From: an uncultured Bacillales bacterium
GTDB taxonomy: Bacteria; Bacillota_I; Bacilli_A; RF39; UBA660
Direction: 5' to 3'
Assembly (NCBI GenBank): GCA_946534345.1
Contig: CAMNCL010000002.1
Location: 169-64,168, forward strand
Length of the DNA: 64,000 bases
How positions within the stretch are numbered: position 1 is the stretch's first letter; each line of letters opens with the position of its first letter. Both the position numbers and the translations under genes were made by a program. Shown in pieces: positions 31,115-42,144 of this stretch. The notes beneath the pieces are model-generated. The model saw only the letters and a program-made list of their open reading frames with translations, made no database searches and was not told where the DNA came from.

Positions 31115-32734
31115 ATGAAAAAAACTTTTGTAATAGGTCACAAAAAACCAGATACTGATTCAGTAATGTCAGCAATTGGACTTTCATACTTAAAGAATAA
31201 ATTAGGAGAAAATACTGAAGCTAGAGTAATTGGTGATATAAATAAAGAAACTAGTTATGCTTTGAAATTTTTTAATACACCAGCTCCTAAGTATTTAAAT
31301 GATGTTAAATTACAATTAAGAGATATTGATTATCATAAAGGTTTCTTTATAAAAGATACAGATAGTATTTATCATGGTTATCAAGCTATGTTAGATGAGA
31401 ATTTAACAGGTATTCCAATAGTTAAAGATGTTGATTATTTCTATGGATTACTTACTATTAAAGATTTATCTAGAGTATTGATTAATGATAATATTGAGAA
31501 TTTATATACTTCTTTTGATAATTTGTTATATGTTTTAAAAGGAGAAGAAGTAAATAGGGAAGATGATGAAATATCAGGAAAACTATTAGTCGCAGCTTTT
31601 AAAAGTACTACATTTATGGAGAGTATTATTCTTAAAAAAGATGATATCTTAATAGTAGGAGATAGACATAGTATTATAGAATATGCAGTTAATTCTGGTG
31701 TTAAGATGATTATTTTATCAGGAAATGCTTATATAAAAGATGAACACCTAGAAATAGCTAAGAAAAATAAAGTAAATATTTTACGTACTCCATATGATAC
31801 ATTCCGTATATCAAGATTTGTAGTATTAGCTAATTATATAAGAACAATGGTTAGTATGTATAATCCAACTAGTTTTTTAGAAACAGATTTTGTATCTGAT
31901 GTAGTAGATATAAATAATAAATTAAAACATACTAATTATCCAGTAGTTAATAAAAATAATAAATGTTTAGGATTATTAAAGATAACTGATTTAGCTGAAA
32001 AACATCCTAAAAAAGTAATATTAGTTGATCATAATGAAAAACTACAAAGTGTAGAAGGATTAGATGAAGCTGAAATAGTAGAAATATTTGATCATCATAA
32101 TTTAGGTAGTATTACTACTAACAATCCAGTTAATTTTAGAAATATGTCAGTTGGATCTACTTGTACAATTGTCTATATTATGTTTAAAGAAAGAAATGTT
32201 GAGATTCCAAAAAATATAGCTGGTTTATTATTGTCTGGTATTATATCTGATACTCTTATTCTAAAAAGTCCAACTGCAACTGAAAAAGATATTGAGGCAG
32301 TAAAGAACTTATCTGAAATAGCTGGTGTTGATTATAATGACTATGGTATGGAATTATTAAAATCTGGTACTTCAATTGAAGGAATGTCAAAAGAAGATGT
32401 TTTATATAATGATTATAAAATATATACAATTAATGATAAACATTTTGCGATAGGACAATTCTTTACTATGAATTTTGAAGATATTAGAAAAGAATTAGAT
32501 GAATATGTAGAAGTACTTGATAAGGTAGCAGAAGCTAATAATTATAATTTAGTTACATTATATGTTACTGATATTATTAAAAATGGTAGTTATGTAATAT
32601 ATAGTAGTAAAGGAGCTAACATTATTAGTTTAGCTTATCATCAAGATCAAATATATGAAGGATTCTTTGTAGAAGGATGTGTTTCTAGAAAGAAACATAT
32701 AGTACCAGTTATAATGGAAATATTAGAAAATTAG
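31115..32734 (+). CDS. ppaC: Mn-dependent family II inorganic pyrophosphatase with CBS/DRTGG insert
   Basis: GHKKPDTDS, LVDHN, DHH, SDT, SRKK; IVGDR (DRTGG). Confidence 0.92.
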   Translation: MKKTFVIGHKKPDTDSVMSAIGLSYLKNKLGENTEARVIGDINKETSYALKFFNTPAPKYLNDVKLQLRDIDYHKGFFIKDTDSIYHGYQAMLDENLTGIPIVKDVDYFYGLLTIKDLSRVLINDNIENLYTSFDNLLYVLKGEEVNREDDEISGKLLVAAFKSTTFMESIILKKDDILIVGDRHSIIEYAVNSGVKMIILSGNAYIKDEHLEIAKKNKVNILRTPYDTFRISRFVVLANYIRTMVSMYNPTSFLETDFVSDVVDINNKLKHTNYPVVNKNNKCLGLLKITDLAEKHPKKVILVDHNEKLQSVEGLDEAEIVEIFDHHNLGSITTNNPVNFRNMSVGSTCTIVYIMFKERNVEIPKNIAGLLLSGIISDTLILKSPTATEKDIEAVKNLSEIAGVDYNDYGMELLKSGTSIEGMSKEDVLYNDYKIYTINDKHFAIGQFFTMNFEDIRKELDEYVEVLDKVAEANNYNLVTLYVTDIIKNGSYVIYSSKGANIISLAYHQDQIYEGFFVEGCVSRKKHIVPVIMEILEN

Positions 32735-32742
32735 GAGGACAA

Positions 32743-33258
32743 ATGGTTGAGAAGATAGTTACATTTATAGTTGGTTTGTTTGCAGGATTAAATACTATTC
32801 CATTTGGAAAAGAAATAATTGTTTTTGTTATTTCCTTAATGCCTATATTAGAACTTAGGGGAGGTTTGATTGCAGCTTCTCTTCTAGGATTAGATCCAAT
32901 AAGAAGTTATATTATTAGTATAATAGGTAATATTATTCCAGTTCCATTTATATTATGGTTGATTAATTACATATTGGATTATATGCGTAAGAGTAAAAGA
33001 TTTAAAAAAATAGCTAAATGGTTAGATAAAAAAGTAGAAAAGCATAAAGATCAAATAGAAAAATATGGATTTATAGGTTTAGTATTATTTGTAGGAATTC
33101 CACTTCCAGGTACCGGTGCTTGGACTGGATGTTTAATTGCAGCTGTATTAGAAATGGATAGAAAAAAAGCCTTTGTAGCAGCTCTTATAGGTATCTTTAT
33201 AGCTAGTATTATAATGATGTTAATATCATTTGGATTACTAAAATTTATTATTGGATAA
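32743..33258 (+). CDS. COG2426 small multidrug-export-like membrane protein
   Basis: PILELRGG, GN, FVGIPLPGTGAWTG. Confidence 0.88.
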   Translation: MVEKIVTFIVGLFAGLNTIPFGKEIIVFVISLMPILELRGGLIAASLLGLDPIRSYIISIIGNIIPVPFILWLINYILDYMRKSKRFKKIAKWLDKKVEKHKDQIEKYGFIGLVLFVGIPLPGTGAWTGCLIAAVLEMDRKKAFVAALIGIFIASIIMMLISFGLLKFIIG

Positions 33259-33375
33259 TGCCAATCTTGTTAACAAGTAAAATACATAAAAATAATATGC
33301 TAATGTTTTTTGTCAAAAAATATTGGCATTTTTTTAATACTATAATATAATATTAATAATAGGTAGGTGTGTCCG

Positions 33376-36300
33376 ATGAATAGAAGAGGTTTTACGTTAG
33401 TTGAGCTGTTAGTTACCGTTGCGGTTATGGGTATAATTACTGGTCTTTCTATACCAGTAATTAGAAATATAAATCAACAACGAATTAATAAAAAATATAC
33501 TACATATTTAGATAGTTTAACTTATGCTGCAAAACTATATACCGATTCTTACTCTGAAGATTTATTTGCATATAGTACTGGTTGTGAGTACGTAAAATAT
33601 GAGAACTTAACAAAGTATAATCTAATTAAAGATATAGACTTAAGTGGTATAAGTTGTAATTCCCCTTATACAGCTGTAAAAGTAGTAAAATTCAAGGAAA
33701 AATACTATTACAAGCCTTATATTGGATGTGGTAAAAAAGGTGCTTCTGGTAAACCTGACATTTTTATGCCAGAAGAATTGAACATATCAGCTGTATGTGA
33801 TTCTGGACTATCAGCAAATATTATGATTTCAGGGAATCCTTCTACTAAAAGTGATAAGACTTTGAAAACTATAAAGTCAAAATTAGTAATAACAAGTGAA
33901 ACAGGTGTATATAAAGATGATCGTTCTCCAAATATCGAGTATGGTTGGAGTTACGTAGATCAAGGAATCAATGTAATTAATGGGAAATGGACAAAAATAG
34001 ATTTTGATATTTTTTCTGAAAGTAGACAGACTGAAATGATTGCTAGTTCTGAAACTCAAGTTTTCGCATCTAAATCACAAGCATCTACAGATGTGTTGAC
34101 TTCTAATAAACCGACAGGAAAGATAAATCTAGTAGTTCATGTAATAAACTTATTAGATTTGCAACGACAAACTTGGACTAAGATTGAAAAACCAGAAGAT
34201 AATTATGTAATAATTGGTCCATTTATGGTGGATAATGCTCCTCCTAAGATAACTGGAAATTTAGTTACATCTGTTACTGGTTATCAAAACAAGAAACCAA
34301 AGCTTAATTTTAGTGTAACTGATGAAGGCTTCTCAGAAGTTTCTAAAGGTGATATTAAATATTGTTATAAATATGGTACTAGTAAATGTACTATACCTGC
34401 TAATACTACTGCATTGAAGAATTCTACTGATTATAAAGCATATTCTGCAGGACAAGTTTTAGATGTTATTTCTAGCGCTTATGATGGATCTACTAAAAAA
34501 GCAAATTTTGTATTCTGTGATGCTGCTGCTAATTGTGTGGAAGTAAATGGCAAAGAATATAGAGTTGCTAATAAATATACTTTAACATTTGATCCAAATG
34601 GTGGTAGTAAATGTGATATTACTTCAATTGGTCAGATTGAGAATCAACCATGGAATAAAGCTGTAGTAGATGAAACAGGATTAAATGTTCATAAATTCTG
34701 TACTACTACAAGAACAGGTTATACTGTTGATGGATGGTTTACTAATCAAAATGGAACTGGTACACAAGTAAAAGTAACAGATAAAGCTACTGCAAATACT
34801 AAGGTATATGCAAAATGGAAGCCAAAGACTATAGTTACAACATTTAATTGTAATGGTGGAAATGGTGGAGGAGATCAAACGTTTACATATGGTGTAAGTG
34901 GTCAAAAATTTGCTAAAACATGTACAAGAACAGGTTATAATTTAGCAGGTTGGAAATTGGCTGCTGCTGATAAAGATAAGAGATATACCGTTGATAATGG
35001 AGTATCAAATGAATGGATTGATACAAACTCTCCAAAAATTACATTATATGCACATTGGGTACCAAAAACAGTTGTTACAACATTTGATTGTAATGGTGGT
35101 ACTGGTGGAGGAAGCCAAACATTTACATATGGTGTAAGTGGTCAAGCATTTAACAAAACATGTACAAGGTCTGGATATAAATTATTAGGATGGAAACTAG
35201 ATAAAAATGGAGCAAATAAAGATTATAATGTAAACAATGGAGTAAGTGATGGATGGATAGATTTAAGATCTCCAAGTGTTACAATCTATGCACATTGGGT
35301 ACCAGAATCTTACAAATGTAATGCTGGACAGTATTTAGCTAAATCAGCAACAAGTTGTGCAGCATGTCCTATCAGTAATTATTGTGCAGGTGGAACATAT
35401 ACATATAGTACAACTGCTGATCAAGGAAAGACAGCATGTCCTACTGGTTATGGAAACACTTCAGGTACTGGTAAATCAAAAAATACAGAGTGTTATATGT
35501 CTGTAGCTGTTAATAAATATGTTAAAAATGCTAGAGACTCTGCTGCCACAAATTGTGCAACTGGTTATGAAAGAGCGGGTCATACTGTATATTATGGAAG
35601 TGTAAGTAGTTGTGCTCTGACAACATATACAATAGGTTACAACTTAGGTGGTGGAAGTGCATCAAATCCAACTTCTTACAATATCACTTCAAATGCCATT
35701 ACACTTAATAATCCTACAAGAACAGGTTATACATTCGCTGGATGGACTGGAACTGGTTTAAGTAGTGCGACTAAAACAGTAACTATACCAAAAGGTTCTA
35801 CTGGAAATAGAAGTTATACAGCTACTTGGACAGCTAATACATATACAGTTTCATACGCAGGAGGTGGAGCAACAGGAGGATCAACAGCAGCTTCAACTTG
35901 TACATACGGTTCAACATTCACTCCAAGAGCAAATGGATTTACTAGAACAGGACATACATTTAATGGTTGGTCAGGATCTACAACATGTACTGGTAACATG
36001 ACAATGACAGCTACATGGAAAGCAAATACATATACAGTTTCATATGCAGGAGGTGGAGCAACAGGAGGATCTACAGCAGCATCAACATGTACTTATGGAC
36101 AAGCAATATCTGCAAGAGGAAATGGCTTCGTTAGATCACATTATCATTTCAATGGTTGGTCTGGACTTGGAACATGTACTGGAAATAAAACATTAACCGC
36201 AACTTGGGCTCCAAATGTAGCAATTGTTAGATACCATACAGGAACAAGTAGTGGTTCTCAATTAAAATATAAACCATCAGGCTGGTCAATAAAGAATGAT

Positions 36301-36573
36301 TATCAAATTTGGAATGCTACAACGCAAGATATACATACAGTACCATATGGAACCTCAGATGACCCAATAAATTATCATAATACAACTTACTTGTATGTTA
36401 AGAAAACAAGGAATTCAAATGGAAGTGCCAGAAATGGTGCAGAATGGAAAATATGTAACGGTGCTACTTGTACTAGATCAACTTATAATGAAGACACAAA
36501 TTATTCATCAGAACAATACTGTAATACAACAAATGGAAATTGTTACTGCTGTATAAAAGTAAATTGGAATTAA
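33376..36573 (+). CDS. Giant type IV pilin-like adhesin with InlB-B (Listeria-Bacteroides)-like repeats and Cys-rich modules
   Basis: MNRRG|FTLVELL class III signal; repeated NGG..TRTGY...GW..YA.W units; CNAGQY..CPISNYCAGG segment. Confidence 0.85.
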   Translation: MNRRGFTLVELLVTVAVMGIITGLSIPVIRNINQQRINKKYTTYLDSLTYAAKLYTDSYSEDLFAYSTGCEYVKYENLTKYNLIKDIDLSGISCNSPYTAVKVVKFKEKYYYKPYIGCGKKGASGKPDIFMPEELNISAVCDSGLSANIMISGNPSTKSDKTLKTIKSKLVITSETGVYKDDRSPNIEYGWSYVDQGINVINGKWTKIDFDIFSESRQTEMIASSETQVFASKSQASTDVLTSNKPTGKINLVVHVINLLDLQRQTWTKIEKPEDNYVIIGPFMVDNAPPKITGNLVTSVTGYQNKKPKLNFSVTDEGFSEVSKGDIKYCYKYGTSKCTIPANTTALKNSTDYKAYSAGQVLDVISSAYDGSTKKANFVFCDAAANCVEVNGKEYRVANKYTLTFDPNGGSKCDITSIGQIENQPWNKAVVDETGLNVHKFCTTTRTGYTVDGWFTNQNGTGTQVKVTDKATANTKVYAKWKPKTIVTTFNCNGGNGGGDQTFTYGVSGQKFAKTCTRTGYNLAGWKLAAADKDKRYTVDNGVSNEWIDTNSPKITLYAHWVPKTVVTTFDCNGGTGGGSQTFTYGVSGQAFNKTCTRSGYKLLGWKLDKNGANKDYNVNNGVSDGWIDLRSPSVTIYAHWVPESYKCNAGQYLAKSATSCAACPISNYCAGGTYTYSTTADQGKTACPTGYGNTSGTGKSKNTECYMSVAVNKYVKNARDSAATNCATGYERAGHTVYYGSVSSCALTTYTIGYNLGGGSASNPTSYNITSNAITLNNPTRTGYTFAGWTGTGLSSATKTVTIPKGSTGNRSYTATWTANTYTVSYAGGGATGGSTAASTCTYGSTFTPRANGFTRTGHTFNGWSGSTTCTGNMTMTATWKANTYTVSYAGGGATGGSTAASTCTYGQAISARGNGFVRSHYHFNGWSGLGTCTGNKTLTATWAPNVAIVRYHTGTSSGSQLKYKPSGWSIKNDYQIWNATTQDIHTVPYGTSDDPINYHNTTYLYVKKTRNSNGSARNGAEWKICNGATCTRSTYNEDTNYSSEQYCNTTNGNCYCCIKVNWN
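34822..35301 (+). repeat. Two tandem 240-bp (80-aa) intragenic repeats
   Basis: PKTIVTTFNCNGG..LYAHW and PKTVVTTFDCNGG..IYAHW. Confidence 0.9.
35833..36210 (+). repeat. Two tandem 189-bp (63-aa) intragenic repeats
   Basis: ANTYTVSYAGGGATGGSTAASTCTYG occurs twice. Confidence 0.9.
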
Positions 36574-36645
36574 AGTAAAGAGTAAATCTTTACTTTTTTC
36601 GTACAAAAATATTTTTCTATGGTATTATAAGATTAGGAGGTATAT

Positions 36646-38025
36646 ATGGAATATAAATATAAAAAAGATTTAGATAAAAATATTTTTAGAGGATACGATA
36701 TAAGAGGAGTATATCCTACTAATATAGATGAAGATACTGCTTATACTTTTGGATTGGGATTTGGTACTCATATACAAAGAATAGGTAAAAAGAAGTGTGT
36801 TGTAGGACATGACAATAGATTATCATCTCCTAGTTTATATGAAGCAGTTATTAAAGGTATTTTAGATACTGGTGCAGATGTAGTAAGACTTGGATTATGT
36901 ACTACACCAATGTATTATTATGCTTGTATAAAAATGGGAATACCAAGTGGTGCAATGATTACAGCATCTCATAATCCAAAAGATGATAATGGTATTAAAT
37001 TTGCATTAGATGAAAAAGGAAATTGTAAAGGTCAAGAAATACAAGACTTCTTAGCTGAATTAATTGAAGGAGACTTTATTTCTGGGCAAGGACAAGTATC
37101 AGATTATGATATAGAACCAGAATATTTAGAACTATATAGAACTAATTTACATTTTGGTGATAGAAAACTAAAAGTAGTATTAGATCCTGCTAATGGAACA
37201 ACTTCTGACTTTTGTCGTAAAGTATATGAAATGTTTCCAATGGATTTAACAATTATTAATGAAGAAAGTGATGGTAATTTTCCAAATCATCATCCAGATC
37301 CATGTGTTGAATCAAATCTTGATCAATTAAAGGCTAAAGTAAAAGAAATAGGAGCCGATGTTGGAATATCTTTTGATGGTGATGGAGATAGACTAGGAGT
37401 AGTCACGAGTGATGGTAAGTATATCGCAACTGATATTTATATGATTATTATTATTCGTGATATAGTAAATAAAGTAGAAAAGAAAAAATTCTTATACGAT
37501 GTTAAGTGTTCTAAGACATTGAGCGATGAAATAGAAAGATTAGGAGTAGAAGGAGTATGTTATCGTACGGGTAACTCTTATACAAAAGCTAAAGTTAGAG
37601 AAGATAATTTACCATTTGGAGGAGAATTATCAGGACATGTATACTTCAATGATCGTTGGCCAGGATTTGATAGTGGAATGTATGCTGGACTTAGATTACT
37701 TGAAATTATGTCTAAAACAGATAAAACAATCGATGAATTGTTAGAAGGAATTAATCATTATTATTCAACAGAAGAAATTAAGTTTGCATCAACTGATGAG
37801 AAAAAGATAGAAGTAGTAGATAAAGTAAAAGCATATGCTGATTCTAAGAATTATAAATATAATGATATTGATGGAATTAGAGTTAATTTTGATGATGGTT
37901 GGGCATTAGTAAGATATTCTAATACTGGACCTAATATAACTGCTAGATTTGAAGCAAATACAGAAGAAAGGCTACAAGAATTACAAGATGAATTTGTAGG
38001 TAAAATAAATGAGTACAACGTCTAA
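36646..38025 (+). CDS. Phosphomannomutase/phosphoglucomutase
   Basis: FRGYDIRG, TASHNP, FDGDGDR, GELSGH, RYSNT. Confidence 0.93.
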   Translation: MEYKYKKDLDKNIFRGYDIRGVYPTNIDEDTAYTFGLGFGTHIQRIGKKKCVVGHDNRLSSPSLYEAVIKGILDTGADVVRLGLCTTPMYYYACIKMGIPSGAMITASHNPKDDNGIKFALDEKGNCKGQEIQDFLAELIEGDFISGQGQVSDYDIEPEYLELYRTNLHFGDRKLKVVLDPANGTTSDFCRKVYEMFPMDLTIINEESDGNFPNHHPDPCVESNLDQLKAKVKEIGADVGISFDGDGDRLGVVTSDGKYIATDIYMIIIIRDIVNKVEKKKFLYDVKCSKTLSDEIERLGVEGVCYRTGNSYTKAKVREDNLPFGGELSGHVYFNDRWPGFDSGMYAGLRLLEIMSKTDKTIDELLEGINHYYSTEEIKFASTDEKKIEVVDKVKAYADSKNYKYNDIDGIRVNFDDGWALVRYSNTGPNITARFEANTEERLQELQDEFVGKINEYNV

Positions 38026-38689
38026 AAAAGCTTATGTATATAAAATGAATCTAGTTCCAGCTAATATTTTAGGAATAGTTATATTTATTATTTTAGTAGT
38101 ATTTAGTTTCTTAATAAAAGCAGATATGTATGTTGATATGAACTTAGCAGTACTTTTCTTGATTATGCTTTTATATCTTGCCTTACATGAATTCTTACAT
38201 GGAGTAGGCTATTTAATAGGAGGTACAAAAAGAAAGAATATTTCTTATGGTATAGCTTTAGAAAAAGGAATATTATATTGTATGGCATATCAAGAATTAA
38301 CTAAGAAGAATATTTTAATATCTTTACAAATGCCATTTATGGTAATAGGAGTTATTACATATATAATTGGTTATTTCTTAAACATCCCAGTATTAATATG
38401 GTTATCAATAGTTAATTTAATAGGAGCTTCAATGGATTTAATGATGTTTCTATATATTTTAAGATTAAAAGATGTAGTATATAGTGAATCAGGAGAACCA
38501 GATCAATTTGTATTAATATCAAAAGAAGATCTAACTAAAAAGAAAAGTATTTATTTTAAAATAGTAGATATAAAAGACTATAAAGCATCTGATTATAAGT
38601 TCAAAGATATCAAAAAAATAAGTATTAGTAAGCAATCATATATAGTAATAGGAATATTAGTATTATTATGCCTTGTTTCATTAATATAA
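38009..38689 (+). CDS. DUF3267-like membrane protein with a zincin HExxH motif
   Basis: LHEFLHG within TM-rich sequence. Confidence 0.75.
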   Translation: MSTTSKKAYVYKMNLVPANILGIVIFIILVVFSFLIKADMYVDMNLAVLFLIMLLYLALHEFLHGVGYLIGGTKRKNISYGIALEKGILYCMAYQELTKKNILISLQMPFMVIGVITYIIGYFLNIPVLIWLSIVNLIGASMDLMMFLYILRLKDVVYSESGEPDQFVLISKEDLTKKKSIYFKIVDIKDYKASDYKFKDIKKISISKQSYIVIGILVLLCLVSLI

Positions 38690-38764
38690 ATATTTAATTG
38701 TCTTGTTTTGTCAAATAGAATAGATATTCATACAATTGAATATCTTTTTATGTTATATTTATAC

Positions 38765-38853
38765 TTGAATAACTAAAATACATGTGGTATATTGATTAGG
38801 ACGTTTTAGCCTATACTTTTTACCTATACTACATGATGAATGTAGGTTTTTTG
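38765..38853 (+). promoter_or_regulatory. Promoter and terminator-containing leader of the helD-like gene
   Basis: TTGAAT-17-TATATT with TG; hairpin ending tgtagg plus T6 about 35 nt before the start codon. Confidence 0.5.
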
Positions 38854-38885
38854 CTTAGTTTAATATATTAATTAAGGAGGAAAAA

Positions 38886-40916
38886 ATGCCAATCAGTGAA
38901 ACAGAATTTACCAAAGAAAAGAAAATCTTGAAAAAAGTACAAAAGCTCTTAAATGAGACATTATCTTCTCTTGGAGAAGATGTAATTGAAGATGAAGATG
39001 GTCTTACTGAATTCAAAAAAATGATGTGGGAGAATGTAACTAACTTTGATTCCGGAGAAGCCCAACAAGTTATGGCCGCAACTGCGTTAGAGGCCGATAA
39101 AGTTTTTAGAAGACGAGATTATTTTAGACGATTATGTAAGATTAAAAACAAACCATATTTCGCAAGTATAGTTTTTAAAGATGAAGCAGGGGAGATATTT
39201 AATATTTATATGTCTCTAACTTATTTAAAAGATGAAGATTCTAACAATATTTTATATGACTGGAGAAGTCCTATATGTAGTTTGTTTTATGATTATGAAA
39301 CTGGTCCATGTAGTTATACAGCTCCTGAAGGTGTAATAAGCGGAGAATTAAAAAGAAAAAGACAATACAAAATAGAAAATAGTAAACTAGTAGGAGTATT
39401 CGATAATAGTTTAAATATAAGTGATGAAGTCCTACAAGAAGTATTATCTGAAGAATCTAGTGATAGAATGCGACAGGTCGTAAATACGATTCAACAAGAG
39501 CAAAATCAAGTGATTAGGAATCTTGAAGATGATAATTTGATTGTACAAGGTATTGCAGGATCAGGTAAAACTACAGTAGCACTACATAGAATAGCTTTTT
39601 TACTTTATCGATTAAAAAATTTAAATAGTAATAATATATTAATATTTTCACCCAATAACATATTTACTGAGTATATATCAGATGTATTACCTTCTCTTGG
39701 AGAAGATAATACATTACAAACTACATTTTCAGATTATTTAGAAGCTTTTATTACTGAGTATAAAGGAGTAGAAAGCTTTACTGATTTTATATCTAGATAT
39801 TATTCATACAATGAAGTTAATCCAGAACTTGTAGAATATAAACAAAGTGATAGTATTATTAAAGATTTAGATAACTATCTAAATGATTATATAAGTAATT
39901 GTAAATTTACTTCTTCATTTAATGAAGGAGAAGCACATCATATAGAAAAAGATGAAATCAATGAAATGTTACACTATAAGTATGATAGATTACCTTTGTT
40001 TGAGAGAGTAGATGAGATAGCTGAAAAATTATGTTCAAATAATTATAAAGGTAGATTAGCTAAGAAAAAAACATATTTAAAACTCTTATATGAAAACTGT
40101 AATTTCAAAAAAGACTATAAACAGATAATGAAAGATTTTTATCTTAGTGACTATAGTAAAGTAATACTACCAGAACAGATTATAGATAAATTTGTTAATA
40201 AAGCTTATATAAACTATGAAGATGCTTTAATATTTGCCTATATTAAAGGAAAACTAGAAGGATTTATTTATGAATCAAGAATTAAACAAGTAATTATAGA
40301 TGAAGCTCAAGATTACAATAGACTACAATATATAATTATAAATGAAATATTTAAAAAGGCTGACTTTACAGTACTTGGAGATATTAATCAAAATATTAAT
40401 CCATATTATCACTATAAGTCATTACAAGAACTTAGTGATTTGTTTAGGGGAGAGACAAAATATTTAGAATTATTAAAAACTTATAGATCTTCTCCAGAAA
40501 TAATTGATTATACTAATAAAATATTGAATTTAAAACATGTTAATGCAGTTAGAAAAAGTACTAATAAACCAGTAGTTTTAAAGAAGAATGTAGTAGATTT
40601 AAAAGAAAGTTTAACAAATGATATTAAGAAGTTACAAGATGAGTATAAAAGTACTGCAATAATAACTAAAGATAATCGTGAAGCAGAATTTATCTATGAT
40701 TTAATTAAAGATGATATTAATATTTCTTTAGTAGATGCGACTACAAAAGGATTTACAAAGAATTTAATAATAGTACCTGCATATGTATCAAAAGGATTAG
40801 AGTTTGATAGTGTAATTATCTATAATGATCGTAATAATTCATATCGAAAAAATGAAAGAAATTTACTATATGTAGCATGTACAAGATGTCAACATGAACT
40901 ATATATTTACAATTAA
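38886..40916 (+). CDS. helD: HelD-like RNA polymerase recycling ATPase (SF1 helicase-like)
   Basis: PYFA, DWRSP, IQQEQN, QGIAGSGKTTVALHRIAFLLY, DEAQD, KGLEFD. Confidence 0.85.
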   Translation: MPISETEFTKEKKILKKVQKLLNETLSSLGEDVIEDEDGLTEFKKMMWENVTNFDSGEAQQVMAATALEADKVFRRRDYFRRLCKIKNKPYFASIVFKDEAGEIFNIYMSLTYLKDEDSNNILYDWRSPICSLFYDYETGPCSYTAPEGVISGELKRKRQYKIENSKLVGVFDNSLNISDEVLQEVLSEESSDRMRQVVNTIQQEQNQVIRNLEDDNLIVQGIAGSGKTTVALHRIAFLLYRLKNLNSNNILIFSPNNIFTEYISDVLPSLGEDNTLQTTFSDYLEAFITEYKGVESFTDFISRYYSYNEVNPELVEYKQSDSIIKDLDNYLNDYISNCKFTSSFNEGEAHHIEKDEINEMLHYKYDRLPLFERVDEIAEKLCSNNYKGRLAKKKTYLKLLYENCNFKKDYKQIMKDFYLSDYSKVILPEQIIDKFVNKAYINYEDALIFAYIKGKLEGFIYESRIKQVIIDEAQDYNRLQYIIINEIFKKADFTVLGDINQNINPYYHYKSLQELSDLFRGETKYLELLKTYRSSPEIIDYTNKILNLKHVNAVRKSTNKPVVLKKNVVDLKESLTNDIKKLQDEYKSTAIITKDNREAEFIYDLIKDDINISLVDATTKGFTKNLIIVPAYVSKGLEFDSVIIYNDRNNSYRKNERNLLYVACTRCQHELYIYN

Positions 40917-41157
40917 TGTAAATATTGTTTGTAATCAATGAATAATAGAATAAGACTAAAAAAAAATACAAAAAAATTTAAAAAAACTGTACAAAAAAAT
41001 ATAGAACTATGTTATTATTTTATTAGTAAGATATTTGTCGATAAGGATATGTAAAATAGATGTTTAATTTTGTAAATTTACATTTATTTTTATGTAAACT
41101 TACAGTTATAGAATATTATTTGACAATTATGTGATAAACTAAAATAGAGGTGGTACA

Positions 41158-42123
41158 ATGAATGAATTAATCGAATTTTTAACTTCAAAAGAAATAATAA
41201 TTGTTTATTGTATTTCTTTCTTGGCTTGTTTATTATGTTTTATAATTTATATTGTTGAAAAGCATAGTGATAGTTATAAGAAGAAACATAATACTCGTGA
41301 ATTAAATAAGTTAGTTGCTCAAATAAAAGATAGATTTGGTGGAGAAGAAGCTGAATCCATTGAAGAGTTAGATGAACCTGTACTAGAGACTGATTCAGAA
41401 GCAAGTGCTGTTCATGATATGTTAGAATCTACTCTTCAATTAGATAGTATTGCTCAATTAGAAGATGCTAAAGAAATAGTTGAAGAAGAACCAGTTATTA
41501 TTGAACCTATTGATATTGTAGAAGATATTGATGAAGATGTAGAAGATGAATTAGAGTATACTACTATTGAGCCTGATCAAGAAACTGCTCAATTAGAATT
41601 AAAGAAAATAACTGAAGAATTAAGAAAAAATGCTGAGATAGAAGCAACTGGAGAATTATCTTTAGCTAACTTTGAAGAACAACAAGAAGAAAATGCTATT
41701 ATTAGTTTAGAAGAATTATTAAAAAAGGGAAAAGATATTTATAAGGCTAATGAAATGACACAATATGTTGATGAAAAAACAATGCCTATAAGTATTCAAG
41801 AATTAGAGATTCAATCTGGAAATACTGCTGCATCATTTGATGAACCATTCTTAATTGAAAATGTAATCTCTGATGAAGAGAAGAGAGAAGTAGAACAAGA
41901 AGCATTAAAAGAAAAACCAAAGATGCGTATGGATGACTTTAAAACTATTGGTTCTAAGTTTAAGAATAGTCCTATTATATCTCCAGTATTTGGTATTGAA
42001 AGAGATAAGAAAAATGATTTAGAATTAGAAAATACTGCAAACTTCGAAAAGTTTGATCAGCAAATAAAGAAAACCAATGATTTTATGGTTACCCTGCAAG
42101 AATTACAAAATAAATTAGATTAG
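41158..42123 (+). CDS. Bitopic membrane protein with a very acidic low-complexity tail
   Basis: N-terminal TM helix; E/D-rich; FKNSPIISPVFG near the C-terminus. Confidence 0.75.
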   Translation: MNELIEFLTSKEIIIVYCISFLACLLCFIIYIVEKHSDSYKKKHNTRELNKLVAQIKDRFGGEEAESIEELDEPVLETDSEASAVHDMLESTLQLDSIAQLEDAKEIVEEEPVIIEPIDIVEDIDEDVEDELEYTTIEPDQETAQLELKKITEELRKNAEIEATGELSLANFEEQQEENAIISLEELLKKGKDIYKANEMTQYVDEKTMPISIQELEIQSGNTAASFDEPFLIENVISDEEKREVEQEALKEKPKMRMDDFKTIGSKFKNSPIISPVFGIERDKKNDLELENTANFEKFDQQIKKTNDFMVTLQELQNKLD

Positions 42124-42144
42124 TAGTAATACTAATCTTTTCTA

